A stretch of 64,000 nucleotides of DNA from an uncultured Gammaproteobacteria bacterium (GTDB lineage: Bacteria > Pseudomonadota > Gammaproteobacteria > Pseudomonadales > Halieaceae), in NCBI GenBank assembly GCA_963762235.1, contig CAVXKH010000006.1, forward strand, positions 17,699-81,698. Reading direction: 5' to 3'. A program made the translations under genes and the position numbers. Within the stretch, counting starts at the first letter, position 1. Each line of letters opens with the position of its first letter. The notes beneath the pieces are model-generated. The model saw only the letters and a program-made list of their open reading frames with translations. It searched no databases and was not told where the DNA came from. This document shows positions 1 to 11,897 of this stretch, in pieces.

Positions 1-333
1 GCCTACAAACTCCTCGCTGACATGGGCCCGCTCTGCAGGCCAGATATGTTGTTCCAGCCACGGCATAAGGGGTTGATCGTCCGCGAAACCGCGCAACAGG
101 CTCATGGCGGCGTGCCCGTGACAATTGACCAGCCCGGGCAACAGCACCTGACCGGGCAGCTCCAGTATGTGCCGCGCCTCAATGGACGCCGTCTCCGCGC
201 GCGGTAGCAGCGCGACAATGCGATCCCGATGCAGTGCAATACTGTAGTTTTCCAGCACCACACCCTGCGGTAGCACGGGTACAATCCAGCCGGGATGGAT
301 CAGGGTGTCTACCGTCGTTGGTTGCGGTTTCAT
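1..333 (-). CDS. mtaD: TRZ/ATZ-family amidohydrolase, MtaD-like (5'-methylthioadenosine/S-adenosylhomocysteine deaminase). N-terminal 111 codons; the gene continues past the window start.
   Basis: Not in the ORF track because there is no stop in the window. Reverse translation from ATG (333-331) reads MKPQPTTVDTLIHPGWIVPVLPQGVV...LPGLVNCHGHAAMSLLRGFADDQPLMPWLEQHIWPAE. This is the HxH metal-binding N-terminus typical of this amidohydrolase group. It is divergent from gyrA, as in Pseudomonas-type genomes. Confidence 0.6.
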   Translation of the reverse strand, partial: MKPQPTTVDTLIHPGWIVPVLPQGVVLENYSIALHRDRIVALLPRAETASIEARHILELPGQVLLPGLVNCHGHAAMSLLRGFADDQPLMPWLEQHIWPAERAHVSEEFVG

Positions 334-629
334 CGCTCTTTTTTCCTGTTTCCCGGAACGTCTGCGTGCATTCGAAATCGGCCCCTTGGCCCCTTGTTCA
401 GGTCGATCAGGGGCCCCCGCGCGAAAGTATAACCATAAATAGGGCGATGCTGCCCCAATAGCCTTGATTTTCTTCAAAAACATGGCGAGAAGGGTGTAAG
501 TTCCCGTATAATCTGCGGCTTGTTTTCGGGGCTGCGCAGTGTCGAATCTGGCGCTGCAAAGAGTCCTTGCAAGAGACTCAATCGCCGTCCGGAAAGTGCG
601 CTCGCAGCTGTTCAAGGAAGTCGTAGTAC

Positions 630-3206
630 ATGGGTGAAATAGCCAAAGAAATCGTTCCCGTCAATATCGAAGACGAGATGAAGAAATCCTACCTGGATTA
701 TGCCATGAGCGTGATCGTGGGTCGCGCCTTGCCGGATGTGCGAGACGGATTGAAGCCGGTACACCGGCGTGTGCTGTTCGCCATGAACGAACTGAGCAAC
801 GACTGGAACAAGGCCTACAAAAAGTCTGCCCGTGTGGTGGGCGATGTAATCGGTAAGTATCACCCCCATGGCGATTCCGCAGTCTATGACACCATCGTGC
901 GCATGGCCCAGCCCTTTTCCCTGCGCTATATGCTGGTGGACGGCCAGGGTAACTTCGGCTCCGTTGACGGCGACTCCGCTGCCGCCATGCGTTATACCGA
1001 GATTCGCATGCGCAAGATCGCACACGCCATATTGGCGGATCTCGATAAGGAAACTGTCGACTTTGTCGACAATTACGACGGTACCGAGCGTATCCCTGCG
1101 GTCATGCCCACCCGGGTGCCCAACCTGCTGATCAACGGCTCCTCGGGTATCGCCGTGGGCATGGCCACCAATATCCCGCCGCACAACCTGACCGAGGTGG
1201 TCAGTGGTTGCCTGGCGCTGATCCGCAACCCCGACATCACCGTTGATGAGTTGATGGAACACATTCCTGGTCCCGACTTTCCCACCGCCGGGATTATCAA
1301 TGGCCGGGCCGGCATCATTCAGGCCTATCGCACCGGCCGCGGACGTATTTATGTGCGGGCGCGTGCAGAAGTGGTTCAGGACGAAAAGCGCAGCAAGGAT
1401 ATTATCCTGATCCACGAGTTGCCCTACCAGTTGAACAAGGCGCGCCTGATTGAGCGCATCGCAGAACTGGTCAAGGAGAAAAAGATAGAGGGCATCACCG
1501 AGCTGCGTGACGAATCCGACAAGGATGGTATGCGCGTGGTGATCGAGTTGCGCCGCGGCGAGCTTGGCGATGTGGTGCTCAACAATTTGTACGCACAGAC
1601 CGGGATGCAGTCCGTGTTCGGTATCAATATGGTGGCCCTTGTCGATGGCCAGCCGAAAATACTGAATCTCAAGGAGATTCTCGAGGCTTTCATCCGCCAT
1701 CGTCGGGAAGTGGTGACGCGGCGCACTGTCTATCTGCTGCGCAAGGCTCGCGAACGCGGCCATATTCTGGAAGGCCTGGCCATTGCCCTGAGCAATATCG
1801 ATCCGATCATTGCGCTGATCAAGGCCTCACCGAGTTCCACGGAAGCCAGGGAAAAACTTCTGGCGCAAGCCTGGGAGCCGGGTGATGTCACCGGGATGCT
1901 GGAGCGCGCCGGAAGCGATGCCTGTCGCCCGGATGAACTGGAGCCGCAGTACGGCATGCACAACGGCAAATACCACCTGTCGCCGGTCCAGGCCCAGGCT
2001 ATCCTGGAGTTACGCCTGCACCGCCTGACCGGACTGGAGCATGAGAAACTGCTGAACGAATATCAGGAAAGGTTGCGCGAAATTGCCGATTTTCTCGATA
2101 TCCTGAGCGATCCCGAGCGCCTCAAGCTGGTTATCCGCGAGGAGCTGGAAGAGATTGTCACCGAGTACGGCGATGAGCGTCGCACGGAAATCACCGCTTC
2201 CCAGCATGACCTGACCGTGGAAGACCTGATTACCGAAGAGGACCGGGTGGTCACTATCTCCCACGGCGGTTACGCCAAGACCCAGCCGCTGAGTGACTAC
2301 CAGGCCCAGCGCCGCGGTGGTATGGGCAAGTCCGCCACTGCGGTCAAGGACGAGGACTTTGTCGAGCACCTGCTGATCGCCAGTACCCACGCCACCATTT
2401 TGTGCTTTTCCAATCTGGGCAAAGTGTACTGGCTGAAGGTGTACCAGATACCGCTGGCGGGTCGTAATTCCAGGGGTCGTCCCATGGTGAACCTGCTGCC
2501 GCTGGAGGAGGGCGAGCGGGTAACGTCTATTCTGCCGGTGGAGGGGTACGCCGAGGGCCACTTTATTTTCATGGCAACCGCCAACGGGACTGTAAAGAAA
2601 ACCGCCCTGATGGATTTTGCCCGCCAGCGCAGCGTGGGCTTGCGCGCCCTGCATCTGGATGAGGGCGATGTACTGGTTGGCACGGCAGTTACCACAGGCG
2701 ATTGCGATGTCATGCTGTTCAGCAGCGAGGGCAAGGCAGTGCGGTTCCGGGAGACCGATGTGCGGGCTATGGGTCGGTCAGCCCGCGGCATACGCGGGAT
2801 TCGCCTGGGGCAGGGACACAGCATGATTTCCCTTATTATCCCGCAGGCCCGGGGTATGGTCCTGACGGTGAGCGAAAACGGCTATGGCAAGCGCACCCTG
2901 CTTGATGAGTTTCCCACCAAGGGGCGCGGCGGCAAGGGTATGATTGCCATGTCGACCAGTGCGCGCAATGGCAGAATGGTCGGTGCCGTGCAGGTCTTCG
3001 AGGGAGATGAATTGATGCTCATCTCCAATCAGGGCACCCTTGTCAGAACCCGCACTGATGAAGTGTCCATCCTCGGTCGCAATACGCAGGGTGTGCGCGT
3101 GATTCGCACCAAGGACGGCGAGAGCCTGGTGGGTGTGCAGCGCATCGATGAACCCGCTCCGGAGTCAATAGCAGATAACGAAACTGAAGAGGGCGCCGCT
3201 GACTAA
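630..3206 (+). CDS. gyrA: DNA gyrase subunit A
   Basis: Intact 858-aa ORF. N-terminus is [49 protein letters not shown]. The active-site region AAMRYTE and C-terminal beta-pinwheel repeats are present. Confidence 0.98.
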   Translation: MGEIAKEIVPVNIEDEMKKSYLDYAMSVIVGRALPDVRDGLKPVHRRVLFAMNELSNDWNKAYKKSARVVGDVIGKYHPHGDSAVYDTIVRMAQPFSLRYMLVDGQGNFGSVDGDSAAAMRYTEIRMRKIAHAILADLDKETVDFVDNYDGTERIPAVMPTRVPNLLINGSSGIAVGMATNIPPHNLTEVVSGCLALIRNPDITVDELMEHIPGPDFPTAGIINGRAGIIQAYRTGRGRIYVRARAEVVQDEKRSKDIILIHELPYQLNKARLIERIAELVKEKKIEGITELRDESDKDGMRVVIELRRGELGDVVLNNLYAQTGMQSVFGINMVALVDGQPKILNLKEILEAFIRHRREVVTRRTVYLLRKARERGHILEGLAIALSNIDPIIALIKASPSSTEAREKLLAQAWEPGDVTGMLERAGSDACRPDELEPQYGMHNGKYHLSPVQAQAILELRLHRLTGLEHEKLLNEYQERLREIADFLDILSDPERLKLVIREELEEIVTEYGDERRTEITASQHDLTVEDLITEEDRVVTISHGGYAKTQPLSDYQAQRRGGMGKSATAVKDEDFVEHLLIASTHATILCFSNLGKVYWLKVYQIPLAGRNSRGRPMVNLLPLEEGERVTSILPVEGYAEGHFIFMATANGTVKKTALMDFARQRSVGLRALHLDEGDVLVGTAVTTGDCDVMLFSSEGKAVRFRETDVRAMGRSARGIRGIRLGQGHSMISLIIPQARGMVLTVSENGYGKRTLLDEFPTKGRGGKGMIAMSTSARNGRMVGAVQVFEGDELMLISNQGTLVRTRTDEVSILGRNTQGVRVIRTKDGESLVGVQRIDEPAPESIADNETEEGAAD

Positions 3207-3242
3207 GGCGCCCTTCCCCCAAATCCTGAGGAAGCAAGTAAA

Positions 3243-4323
3243 ATGACCCGTTGTTACAACTTTTGCGCCGGGCCGGCATCGCTGCCGGAATCGGTGCTGG
3301 AAATTGCCCGCGACGACATGCTGGACTGGCATGGTACGGGAATGTCCCTGATGGAAATGAGCCACCGCAGTCCCGAAGTGGTGGGTGTGGCACAGCATGC
3401 CGAGCAGACCCTGCGCAGCTTGCTGGGTATCCCGGACGACTATGCCGTGTTGTTCCTGCAGGGCGGTGCCAGCACGCAGTTTTCCGCTGTGCCGCTCAAT
3501 CTGCTCGGCGACCGACGCAGTGCGGATTATGTTAATACCGGAGAATGGTCCAAAAAGGCGATCGAGGAAGGGCGACGCTACTGTGAGGTCAACGTGGTGG
3601 CCAGTTCCAGGGACACCAACTTCACCACCATTCCGCCGCAGCGGGAGTGGCAGTTGGGCTCCGGATGCGGCCTACCTGCACTACACGCCTAACGAAACCA
3701 TTGGTGGTGTAGAGTATTTCTGGACACCGCAGGTGGGTGTTCCGCTGGTGGCGGATATGTCCTCCACGATACTTTCACGTCCGATACAGGTGAACGATTT
3801 CGGGGCTATCTACGCTGGCGCCCAGAAAAATATCGGACCCGCCGGCCTCACCCTGGTGATTGTGCGTCGTGACCTGTTGGGTCGGGCCCATGCCATGTGC
3901 CCCGCCATGCTGAATTGGCAGATCGCTGCGGACAATGACTCCATGTACAACACACCACCGACCTTCGCTCTGTACCTGGCGGCCCTGGTTTTTGATTGGT
4001 TGGTGGAGCAGGGCGGCCTGAACGCCATGGAGTTGCTGAATCGCCGCAAGGCGCAGAAGCTCTATGCGGCAATTGATAATAGCGATTTCTATGCCAATCC
4101 GGTGGAACTTCCCAGCCGCTCCCTCATGAACGTGCCATTCACGCTGGCGGATGCCGGTCTGGATAAACAGTTTCTCAAGGAATCCGAGGCGGCGGGCCTG
4201 CTGAATCTCAAGGGTCATCGCTCTGTGGGTGGGATGCGCGCCAGTCTCTACAATGCAGTGAGTGAGGCGGCGGTGGATGCGCTGATCGCCTTTATGCAGG
4301 ATTTCGAACAACGCAACGGTTAA
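3243..4323 (+). CDS. serC: Phosphoserine aminotransferase, with one +1 frame break near 3655-3657
   Basis: ORF 3243-3692 gives [19 protein letters not shown]...REWQL. The tail of ORF 3385-4323 gives [19 protein letters not shown]...[10 protein letters not shown]. Together they rebuild a full SerC. Removing one G from ttGGGct restores [14 protein letters not shown] (E. coli has REWQLSDNAAYMHY). Confidence 0.9.
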
Positions 4324-4332
4324 GTTCCGCTT

Positions 4333-5453
4333 ATGGCAGACACCAGGGATCTAGAGCAGGTCAGGGCAGACATTGACGCTATTGACCGCGACATCCAGGC
4401 GCTGATCAATCAGAGGGCGCAGTGTGCGCAGCGTGTCGCCGCGATAAAGCTGGCCGAGGTGGTGGCTGCACGCGAGCGTGGCGAGACCAGTGCCGAGGTG
4501 GTGTTCTATCGCCCGGAACGCGAAGCGCAGGTACTGGAGCGCATTATCAGTCGCAATTCCGGCCCGTCTGGACGGCGCCAGCATGGCGTATATTTTTCGC
4601 GAAATCATGTCGGCCTGTCTCGCCCTTGAAAAGCCGTTGCAGGTTGCCTATCTGGGACCTGAAGGTACTTTTACCCAGGGGGCGACTATCAAGCATTTCG
4701 GGCACGCTGCTATCTGTGTGCCGCAAGCCACCATCGACGCCGTGTTTTCCCAGGTGGAGTCCGGGGAGTGCAATTACGGTGTGGTGCCGGTGGAGAATTC
4801 AACCGAGGGCATGGTCAGCCACACGCTCGACAACTTCATGGACTCATCCCTGAAGATTTCGGGCGAGGTGGAGATGCGTATAGGCCACCATTTTCTGGTG
4901 GCACCCAACACTACAGAAGGCGAGTATTACCCGTATTTGCGCGCACCAGCAGGCGCTCGCCCAGTGCCGCAACTGGCTGGATAAACATTGGCCCCACATT
5001 GAGCGTGAGGCGGTTAGTAGCAATGGGGAAGCGGCCCGCATGGCGTCACAGTTGCCGGGTGTGGCGGCAGTCGCCGGTGATATGGCAGCGGAACTGTACC
5101 AACTGGAGAAGTTGGCGACTCACATTGAAGACTATGCGGATAACACTACCCGTTTTCTGGTTATCGGTCGCGAGGAAGTGCCGCCCAGCGGTCGCGACAA
5201 GACCTCGATTATCGTGTCCAGCCGCAATAAGCCAGGCGCGCTGTTCACCTTGCTGGAGCCGTTTCGGCGGGGCAATGTCAGCCTGACGCGCATTGATACC
5301 CGACCCTCGCGCACCGAGAAATGGGCCTATGTGTTTTTTATCGAGTTTGAAGGCCATTTACAGGATGAAAAGATTGCCGCGATCATGGCGGAGCTGGAAG
5401 AGCAGTCCATAATGCTGAAGCCCCTGGGATCCTACCCCCAGGCGGTGCTATAG
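4333..5453 (+). CDS. pheA: Bifunctional chorismate mutase / prephenate dehydratase (P-protein), with two +1 frame breaks (~4566 and ~4925)
   Basis: Three ORF pieces in frames 1->2->0. The CM domain is MADTRDLEQVRADIDAIDRDIQALINQRAQ...RNSGP. The PDT domain is LDGASMAYIFREIMSACLALEKPLQVAYLGPEGTFT...VPVENSTEG. Next come ITRICAHQQALAQCRNWLDKHWPHIEREAVSSNGEAA and the ACT domain TSIIVSSRNKPGALFTLLEPF. Confidence 0.9.
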
Positions 5454-5460
5454 CTTTCCT

Positions 5461-6369
5461 GTGACTTACGCCGCTGACACTGTGGTTATTGTCGGTCTGG
5501 GCCTCATTGGTGGGTCTCTGGCCAGGGCACTGCGCGCGAGTGGATTCAGCCAGCGGTTCATTGGCTATGGTCATCGCGAGCCGTCCCTGCAGCGTGGTGT
5601 GGAGTTGGGCGTCATAGACGAATTTACGCTCGATCTGGATGTGGCGATCGAGCGCGCGGATATGCTGGTGATCTGCACGCCCACCCTGACCGCAGCGCGG
5701 ATGCTGGAACAAATTCTGCCCCGGTTGTGCGGGCGCTCTGGTGGACCGGTTGTGACCGATGTAGCCAGCGTCAAGGGCTACCTGCGCGATGCGGCCACAG
5801 CCGTGGCCGGCGCAATGCCGCCACAATTCGTGTTGGGCCATCCCATCGCCGGGTCCGAACACAGTGGCGTGGATGCTTCCAGCGCTGACCTGTTCGTTAA
5901 CCACCGGGTGATCCTCACGCCGGTTGCGGGTAATGACCCGACAGCGGTGGAGTTGGTGCGCTCCATGTGGCTAAGCACTGGTGCCCATGTGGTCGATATG
6001 ACGGTGGAACAGCACGATGCCGTGCTCGCGGCGACCAGCCACCTGCCTCATGTGCTGGCCTATACACTGGTGGATGCACTGGCTTCATCGGATGCCAGCG
6101 ATGATATATTTCGCTGTGCTGCCGGGGGCTTCAGGGATTTTACCCGTATTGCATCCAGCGATCCGGTTATGTGGCGCGATATCGCCATTGCCAACAAGAC
6201 CGCGCTGCTGGAGTCCATCGACTTGTTCAGTGAGCACCTCGCCCGTATGCGCAGCGCGGTGCAGGATGAGAACGCGAAAGAGTTGCTCAACACCTTCGAG
6301 CGGGCCAAGCGGGCCCGTGATGAATTCGCTGTTCTGTTGGCCCAGCGCAGCGCACTGAAAATGCCCTGA
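5461..6369 (+). CDS. tyrA: Prephenate dehydrogenase (stand-alone, not fused to AroA)
   Basis: 302-aa ORF with a GTG start. Rossmann motif VVIVGLGLIGGSLARAL and HPIAGSE / AATSHLPH motifs of TyrA-type dehydrogenases. Sits between pheA and aroA. Confidence 0.85.
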   Translation: MTYAADTVVIVGLGLIGGSLARALRASGFSQRFIGYGHREPSLQRGVELGVIDEFTLDLDVAIERADMLVICTPTLTAARMLEQILPRLCGRSGGPVVTDVASVKGYLRDAATAVAGAMPPQFVLGHPIAGSEHSGVDASSADLFVNHRVILTPVAGNDPTAVELVRSMWLSTGAHVVDMTVEQHDAVLAATSHLPHVLAYTLVDALASSDASDDIFRCAAGGFRDFTRIASSDPVMWRDIAIANKTALLESIDLFSEHLARMRSAVQDENAKELLNTFERAKRARDEFAVLLAQRSALKMP

Positions 6370-6381
6370 GGCTCATACAAT

Positions 6382-7686
6382 ATGCAATTCCAGCTACTGC
6401 CCGGCGGTGCCATGAAGGGCGAGGCCAGAGTCCCGGGGGATAAATCCATTTCCCATCGTGCCATCATGCTCGGGGCCCTGGCCCAGGGCACCACGCGCGT
6501 CAACGGGTTCCTCGAGGGCGAAGACGCTCTGGCTACGCTGGCAGCGTTTCGTGCCATGGGGGTCGAGATTCAGGGACCGCACAAGGGTAGTGTTACGATT
6601 CACGGAGTTGGATTGCACGGCCTGACAGCCCCCGCGGAGCCGCTTGATCTGGGCAATGCAGGCACTGGTATGCGCCTGATGTGTGGCCTGCTGGCCGGTC
6701 AGGCCTTTGATTCCGAACTCACCGGGGATGCTTCACTGCGCAGTCGTCCCATGGGTAGGGTAATCGACCCCTTGACCAGGATGGGCGCCAATATCCAGTC
6801 TGCCGAGGGCGGCAGACCACCCCTGTTGATTCGTGGCGGGCAGCGGCTGCAGGGAATTCATTACGACCTGCCCATGGCGAGTGCCCAGGTCAAGTCCTGT
6901 GTATTGCTGGCGGGTTTGTACAGCGATGGCCGCACCTCGGTTACCGAGCCTGCCCCCACCCGCGACCATACGGAGCGAATGCTGCGGGGCTTTGGTTACC
7001 CGGTGCAGTGCGAAAGGGGCGTGATTTCGCTGTGCGGGGGTGACAGCCTCAAGGCTTGTGATATCGATATCCCCGCAGATATATCCTCTGCGGCATTTTT
7101 TCTGGTCGCGGCGAGTATTGCACCCGGCTCAGACCTTCTGCTAACCCATGTGGGCATCAATCCCACGCGTATCGGCGTAATCAATATCTTGCAGTTGATG
7201 GGGGCAAATATCACCCTGCACAACCTGCGTGAAGTGGGAGGAGAGCCTGTCGCGGATATCCGCGTGCAGTACGCACCGCTGCGGGGTATCGAGATCCCCG
7301 TCGATCAGGTACCACTGGCGATCGACGAGTTTCCTGCGCTGTTTATCGCCGCTGCGTGTGCTGACGGGCGTACGGTATTGCGCGGTGCCGAGGAACTGCG
7401 CGTCAAGGAAAGCGATCGCATTGCCGCTATGGCAGAAGGACTGAATACACTGGGCGTACACAATGAAGTGCTGGATGACGGCATCATCATCGAGGGTGGC
7501 GATCTCGGCGGCGGCGTCATCCATACCTATCACGACCACCGCATCGCCATGTCGTTCGCCATCGCAGCCCTGCGTGCCGCGGATGAAATCATTGTGCTGG
7601 ACTGCGACCATGTGGCCACTTCGTTCCCGGGCTTTGACACACTGGCGCGCGGTCTCGGGCTGCACATCAGTGCGCAGGCGGGTTAG
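6382..7686 (+). CDS. aroA: 3-phosphoshikimate 1-carboxyvinyltransferase (EPSP synthase)
   Basis: 434-aa ORF with PGDKSISHRAIMLGALA, LDLGNAGTGMRLM, ELRVKESDRIAAM and DHRIAMSFAIAAL motifs. Confidence 0.95.
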   Translation: MQFQLLPGGAMKGEARVPGDKSISHRAIMLGALAQGTTRVNGFLEGEDALATLAAFRAMGVEIQGPHKGSVTIHGVGLHGLTAPAEPLDLGNAGTGMRLMCGLLAGQAFDSELTGDASLRSRPMGRVIDPLTRMGANIQSAEGGRPPLLIRGGQRLQGIHYDLPMASAQVKSCVLLAGLYSDGRTSVTEPAPTRDHTERMLRGFGYPVQCERGVISLCGGDSLKACDIDIPADISSAAFFLVAASIAPGSDLLLTHVGINPTRIGVINILQLMGANITLHNLREVGGEPVADIRVQYAPLRGIEIPVDQVPLAIDEFPALFIAAACADGRTVLRGAEELRVKESDRIAAMAEGLNTLGVHNEVLDDGIIIEGGDLGGGVIHTYHDHRIAMSFAIAALRAADEIIVLDCDHVATSFPGFDTLARGLGLHISAQAG

Positions 7687-7692
7687 GTACAG

Positions 7693-8373
7693 GTGGTGAG
7701 TGTGCCGGTGATCACTGTCGATGGCCCCTCCGGTGCAGGCAAGGGGACTATCAGTTATATGCTCGCAAAGCGCCTCGGCTGGCACTTGCTGGACAGTGGT
7801 GCCCTGTATCGCGTGACTGCCCAGGCCTGTGTGATTGAGGGTATCAGTTGGGACGACCACCCGGCTGTCACCGAGGTGGCCAGGCATCTGGACGTGACTT
7901 TCTCCCTCGCCGCCAATGGTGAAATGCTGGTGGCCTACAAAGGGGTGGATGTGAGCGCGGATATTCGCACCGAAGAAGGCGGTCGCGGCGCTTCCACCGT
8001 GGCCGCTATACCCGCCGTGCGCGAGGCCCTGCTGCAGCGGCAGCGGGAGTTCATGCAGCCACCCGGACTGGTGGCCGATGGTCGCGATATGGGCACCGTG
8101 GTCTTTAGCGATGCCCCCCTCAAATTCTTCCTGACGGCGAGCGCCTCCGAGCGTGCGGAGCGGCGCTATAAGCAGTTGATTGCAAAGGGGGAAAGTGTTA
8201 GTCTCGCCCGCCTTCTTGAGGATATCAGGGAGCGAGATGACCGCGACAGAAGCCGCCAGGTCTCTCCCCTGGTCCCCGCGGAAGACGCCATCGTCATCGA
8301 CAGCAGCGCCACTCCCATCACCGATGTGTTTGCGCGGGTGATGCACGAAGTGAAGAAAAAAGGTCTTGTCTAG
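7693..8373 (+). CDS. cmk: Cytidylate kinase
   Basis: 226-aa ORF with a GTG start. P-loop [13 protein letters not shown] and DSGALYR are present. Conserved position upstream of rpsA. Confidence 0.95.
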   Translation: MVSVPVITVDGPSGAGKGTISYMLAKRLGWHLLDSGALYRVTAQACVIEGISWDDHPAVTEVARHLDVTFSLAANGEMLVAYKGVDVSADIRTEEGGRGASTVAAIPAVREALLQRQREFMQPPGLVADGRDMGTVVFSDAPLKFFLTASASERAERRYKQLIAKGESVSLARLLEDIRERDDRDRSRQVSPLVPAEDAIVIDSSATPITDVFARVMHEVKKKGLV

Positions 8374-8534
8374 CTGCCCTTGGCGCTTAACTCCTTTTTA
8401 ATGGCTTTTAACGCTGTTTTTCCCACCGAATCCAGTCAGGGTGGGGAAGGCAGTTTATTCTGGATGACCCGGGCCGGCTGGAGGCGCGGTGGAGACAGGT
8501 AACTGTCTCGATCAATTTATACAGGTACTGTGCA

Positions 8535-10211
8535 ATGAGCGAATCCTTCGCCGAACTATTTGAAGAGAGTCTGAAAACCGTCGATATGCAGCCCGGTGCG
8601 ATTGTCACTGGGGTCATCATAGACATCGATAACGAGTGGATCACCGTCCACGCGGGACTGAAATCGGAAGGGGTAATCCCCCGTGAACAGTTTCTTGATG
8701 CCAATGGCAAATGCACACTGAGCATCGGCGATGAAGTGCAGGTTGCACTGGAAGCCGTGGAAGACGGTTTTGGTGAAACCAAGCTGTCTCGCGAAAAGGC
8801 GAAGCGGTCCGAGTCCTGGAAAGAACTGGAAGCGGCACACGAGGCCAACGCAGTGGTGATCGGTGTTATCAACGGCAAGGTCAAGGGTGGTTTTACCGTG
8901 GATATCAATACCATTCGCGCATTCCTCCCGGGTTCTCTGGTGGATGTTCGTCCGGTGCGTGAAACCGTACACCTGGAAGGCAAGGAACTGGAATTCAAGG
9001 TCATCAAGCTGGACCAGAAGCGCAATAACGTGGTGGTTTCGCGCCGCGCTGTCATGGAAGCGGCCAACAGTGTCGAGCGCGATGCCCTGCTGGAATCGCT
9101 GCAGGAAGGTATGTCTGTCAAGGGTATTGTGAAGAACCTGACTGACTACGGCGCGTTTGTGGACCTCGGCGGTGTTGACGGCCTGTTGCATATTACCGAC
9201 ATGGCATGGAAGCGCATCAAGCACCCCTCTGAAATTGTGGAAGTGGGCCAGGAGATTGACGTCAAGATTCTCAAATTTGACCGCGAGCGCAACCGCGTGT
9301 CACTGGGGCTGAAGCAACTCGGCGAAGATCCCTGGCTGGAAATTACCGGCCGCTACCCCGAAGGCAGTCGCGTCAAGGCGAAAATTACCAATCTCACCGA
9401 CTACGGCTGCTTTGCTGAGTTGGAAGAAGGCGTTGAAGGTCTGGTGCATGTGTCGGAGATGGATTGGACCAACAAGAATGTTCACCCCTCCAAGATCGTC
9501 AGCCTTGGCGATGAGTTAGAGGTGATGGTGCTTGATATTGATGAGGAGCGTCGTCGTATCTCCCTGGGCATCAAACAGTGCCAGCAAAATCCCTGGGACG
9601 CTTTTGCTTCACAGTACAGCAAGGGCACCAAAATTTCCGGTAACATCAAGTCCATCACTGACTTTGGTATTTTTATCGGGCTGGAAGGCAATATCGACGG
9701 TCTGGTGCATCTGTCCGACATCAGCTGGAATGAGGCCGGCGAGGAGGCCGTTCGCAACTACAAGAAGGGCGACGAGATCGAGACGGTTATCCTGTCCATC
9801 GATCCTGAGCGCGAACGGATTTCCCTGGGCATCAAGCAACTGGAAGACGACCCTTTTGGTAACTACGTTGCCGAAAATGATCGTGGCGCGATCGTCACTG
9901 GAGAAGTCGTGGCAGTGGATGCGAAGTCTGTGACTGTAAAGTTGGCGGAGGAGGTTGAGGGTATTTTGAAGGCCTCCGACATCAGCCGTGAAAAGGTTGA
10001 GGACGCCCGCAATTCCTTCAAGGTCGGCGACACTGTTGAAGCCAAGATCATCTCGGTTGATCGCAAGACTCGCGGTGTGGCCCTGTCCATCAAGGCCAAG
10101 GACTTTGACGATGAGAAGGAAGCGGTGAAGTCCCTGAAAGATGCCGAGTACGAGACGGCTTCACCGGGTACAATCGGCGACCTGATCAAGGCGCAGATGG
10201 GCGAACAATAG
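8535..10211 (+). CDS. rpsA: 30S ribosomal protein S1
   Basis: 558-aa [16 protein letters not shown]..., with six S1 repeats (e.g. [29 protein letters not shown]). Confidence 0.98.
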   Translation: MSESFAELFEESLKTVDMQPGAIVTGVIIDIDNEWITVHAGLKSEGVIPREQFLDANGKCTLSIGDEVQVALEAVEDGFGETKLSREKAKRSESWKELEAAHEANAVVIGVINGKVKGGFTVDINTIRAFLPGSLVDVRPVRETVHLEGKELEFKVIKLDQKRNNVVVSRRAVMEAANSVERDALLESLQEGMSVKGIVKNLTDYGAFVDLGGVDGLLHITDMAWKRIKHPSEIVEVGQEIDVKILKFDRERNRVSLGLKQLGEDPWLEITGRYPEGSRVKAKITNLTDYGCFAELEEGVEGLVHVSEMDWTNKNVHPSKIVSLGDELEVMVLDIDEERRRISLGIKQCQQNPWDAFASQYSKGTKISGNIKSITDFGIFIGLEGNIDGLVHLSDISWNEAGEEAVRNYKKGDEIETVILSIDPERERISLGIKQLEDDPFGNYVAENDRGAIVTGEVVAVDAKSVTVKLAEEVEGILKASDISREKVEDARNSFKVGDTVEAKIISVDRKTRGVALSIKAKDFDDEKEAVKSLKDAEYETASPGTIGDLIKAQMGEQ

Positions 10212-10239
10212 TTCCCTGGATGAGTTGCGGTTCGCTGAA

Positions 10240-10266
10240 GGGCTCACCTGTGGTGGGCCCTTTTTT
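10240..10266 (+). terminator. Rho-independent terminator after rpsA
   Basis: GGGCTCACC-tgt-GGTGGGCCC hairpin (9 bp, one G-U pair) followed by TTTTTT. Confidence 0.7.
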
Positions 10267-10410
10267 GTTTCCGCTCATCCATTAGGGCGGACGGCGTCGA
10301 TATGAACCCCACTTTTCCGTTATAAAATAACGACTTGCGAAAATTATCGGTAGAGTACACAATACCGCTTGCTTGATCGCGATCATAAAAACACCTCGGC
10401 AGGGGGCTAC

Positions 10411-10707
10411 ATGACCAAAAGTGAACTGATCGAGACCATCTTGTCCCGACAGAGCCAGTTGTCTTCGAAGGATGTGGAACTGGCTGTAAAGACCATACTC
10501 GAACATATGTCGCAGGCGCTGTCCAATGGCGAACGGATAGAGATTCGCGGTTTCGGCAGTTTCTCACTGCACTTTCGGGAGCCCCGGCGTGGCCGCAACC
10601 CCAAAACCGGCGATTCTGTTGAACTCAAAGGCAAGAACGTGCCCCATTTCAAGCCCGGTAAGGAGCTGCGTGAACGGGTAAATATTGGGCTGCAATCGGA
10701 GCTTTAG
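10411..10707 (+). CDS. ihfB: Integration host factor subunit beta
   Basis: [33 protein letters not shown]...[43 protein letters not shown] take the internal ATG at 10411 rather than the ORF-track start at 10369. Confidence 0.95.
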   Translation: MTKSELIETILSRQSQLSSKDVELAVKTILEHMSQALSNGERIEIRGFGSFSLHFREPRRGRNPKTGDSVELKGKNVPHFKPGKELRERVNIGLQSEL

Positions 10708-10728
10708 ACTTGTTCTGCGACACCCAGA

Positions 10729-10761
10729 CGGTATGATCGAAAGGTTATACCGTTTTTTTTA
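10729..10761 (+). terminator. Rho-independent terminator after ihfB
   Basis: ACGGTAT ... ATACCGT stem followed by a run of eight T. Confidence 0.65.
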
Positions 10762-10789
10762 ACCTTCTTTTAGTGACCTGGATGATCCG

Positions 10790-11098
10790 ATGAAGCTTCT
10801 GCGCAAACTACTCACAGTTTTTGTAGTGCTGGCCACGCTGGTGACGGGCGTGTTGTTTGCCCTGCAAAATAAAACACCGGTGCCGCTGGATCTCCTTGTC
10901 TACACCTTCGAGCCTCAGAGCATTGCATTGTGGATTCTCCTTGCATTCGCGCTCGGGGGACTGCTCGGGATGATTGTCTCCGCCGTCATTCTGGTGCGCA
11001 CTCGCGCGTCTCTGCGTTCGTGCAGGCGGCAGCTGGACCGCTCTCTGGCGGAGCGCAGTAAAGTGCCCGGCGATAGCCCTGTAGTGGCCGCCTCGTGA
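10790..11098 (+). CDS. lapA: LapA-family (DUF1049) inner-membrane protein
   Basis: 102 aa with two TM helices ([21 protein letters not shown]; [25 protein letters not shown]) and a basic tail. Position immediately upstream of pyrF, as for yciS/lapA. Confidence 0.7.
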   Translation: MKLLRKLLTVFVVLATLVTGVLFALQNKTPVPLDLLVYTFEPQSIALWILLAFALGGLLGMIVSAVILVRTRASLRSCRRQLDRSLAERSKVPGDSPVVAAS

Positions 11099-11793
11099 TG
11101 ACCCCCGTCATTGTCGCTCTCGATTACCCGCTGGCGGCAGCGGCGCTGGAGCTGGCGCAGCGACTCTCTCCTGGTTTGTGTCGGTTGAAAGTGGGTAACG
11201 AGCTGTTTACCCGCAGTGGCCCTGCACTGGTAGAAAAATTGCAGCAGCTGGGCTTTGAGGTATTTCTGGATCTGAAATTCCACGATATCCCCAACACGGT
11301 TGCGGGCGCGGTTCGCGCCGCCGCAGAACTCGGTGTCTGGATGGTGAATGTACACGCCTGTGGCGGGCACAGGATGATGGCGGCAGCAGCGGAGGCTATA
11401 GCAGGATTTTCGCAAAGACCGTTGTTGATCGGAGTCACTGTGCTCACCAGCATGTCGGATGATGACTTACTGGAGCTCGGTTACAGCGAATCATCACAGG
11501 AGCAAGTTATGCGCCTGGCGGGTCTGGCATCGGACAGTGGACTGGACGGTGTGGTGTGCTCAGGACTGGAGGCGATAGCATTGCGCCGGGTCATGGGTCG
11601 TGATTTCTGCCTGGTCACTCCGGGCATCCGTCTGGTCGGTGACGACGCTGCAGATCAGCGCCGTGTTGTTACTCCGGCAGATGCGTTGGCTATGGGGTCT
11701 GATTACCTGGTCATAGGCCGCTCAATCACGGCGGCAGTCGATCCACTGGCAGCACTGCAACGTGTGCACCAGGAACTGAAGTTGGCACCGTAA
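11095..11793 (+). CDS. pyrF: Orotidine 5'-phosphate decarboxylase
   Basis: VIVALDYP..., LKVGNELF and [13 protein letters not shown] motifs. The start is GTG 11095 or ATG 11098, which overlaps the lapA stop (TGATG). Confidence 0.93.
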   Translation: MMTPVIVALDYPLAAAALELAQRLSPGLCRLKVGNELFTRSGPALVEKLQQLGFEVFLDLKFHDIPNTVAGAVRAAAELGVWMVNVHACGGHRMMAAAAEAIAGFSQRPLLIGVTVLTSMSDDDLLELGYSESSQEQVMRLAGLASDSGLDGVVCSGLEAIALRRVMGRDFCLVTPGIRLVGDDAADQRRVVTPADALAMGSDYLVIGRSITAAVDPLAALQRVHQELKLAP

Positions 11794-11897
11794 CATCAAA
11801 TGCGGCCGCATTAACATCCCGACCCCAAATCACTGCTACACTTTTTACCGGTACGGATGCCTGCAAGGATGCAGTTAACTAATATGGAGATTACATT

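Noticed and set aside
507-512. TATAAT hexamer upstream of gyrA as a promoter -10 box
   Set aside because: There is no acceptable -35 box at 16-18 nt spacing (TTGATT lies ~37 nt upstream). This is too weak to annotate.
612-1763. 383-aa ORF on the minus strand inside gyrA
   Set aside because: It is entirely antisense to a perfectly conserved gyrA reading frame. Its low-complexity, His/Gly/Ala-rich translation is typical of spurious antisense ORFs in GC-rich DNA.
5454-5461. Absence of hisC between pheA and tyrA, and unfused tyrA/aroA, compared with Pseudomonas
   Set aside because: Gene content of this aromatic amino-acid block varies among gammaproteobacterial families. It is not unusual without comparative evidence.
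7141-8346. 401-aa ORF on the minus strand across aroA and cmk
   Set aside because: It is antisense to two well-supported genes and spans their junction. It has no recognisable motifs.
11791-11819. Perfect 14-bp palindrome AATGCGGCCGCATT flanked by 7-bp direct repeats TAACATC, downstream of pyrF
   Set aside because: It is short enough to be chance. It has no T-run to make it a terminator, and I found no second copy in the window. It is not enough to call a regulatory site or a repeat-element remnant.
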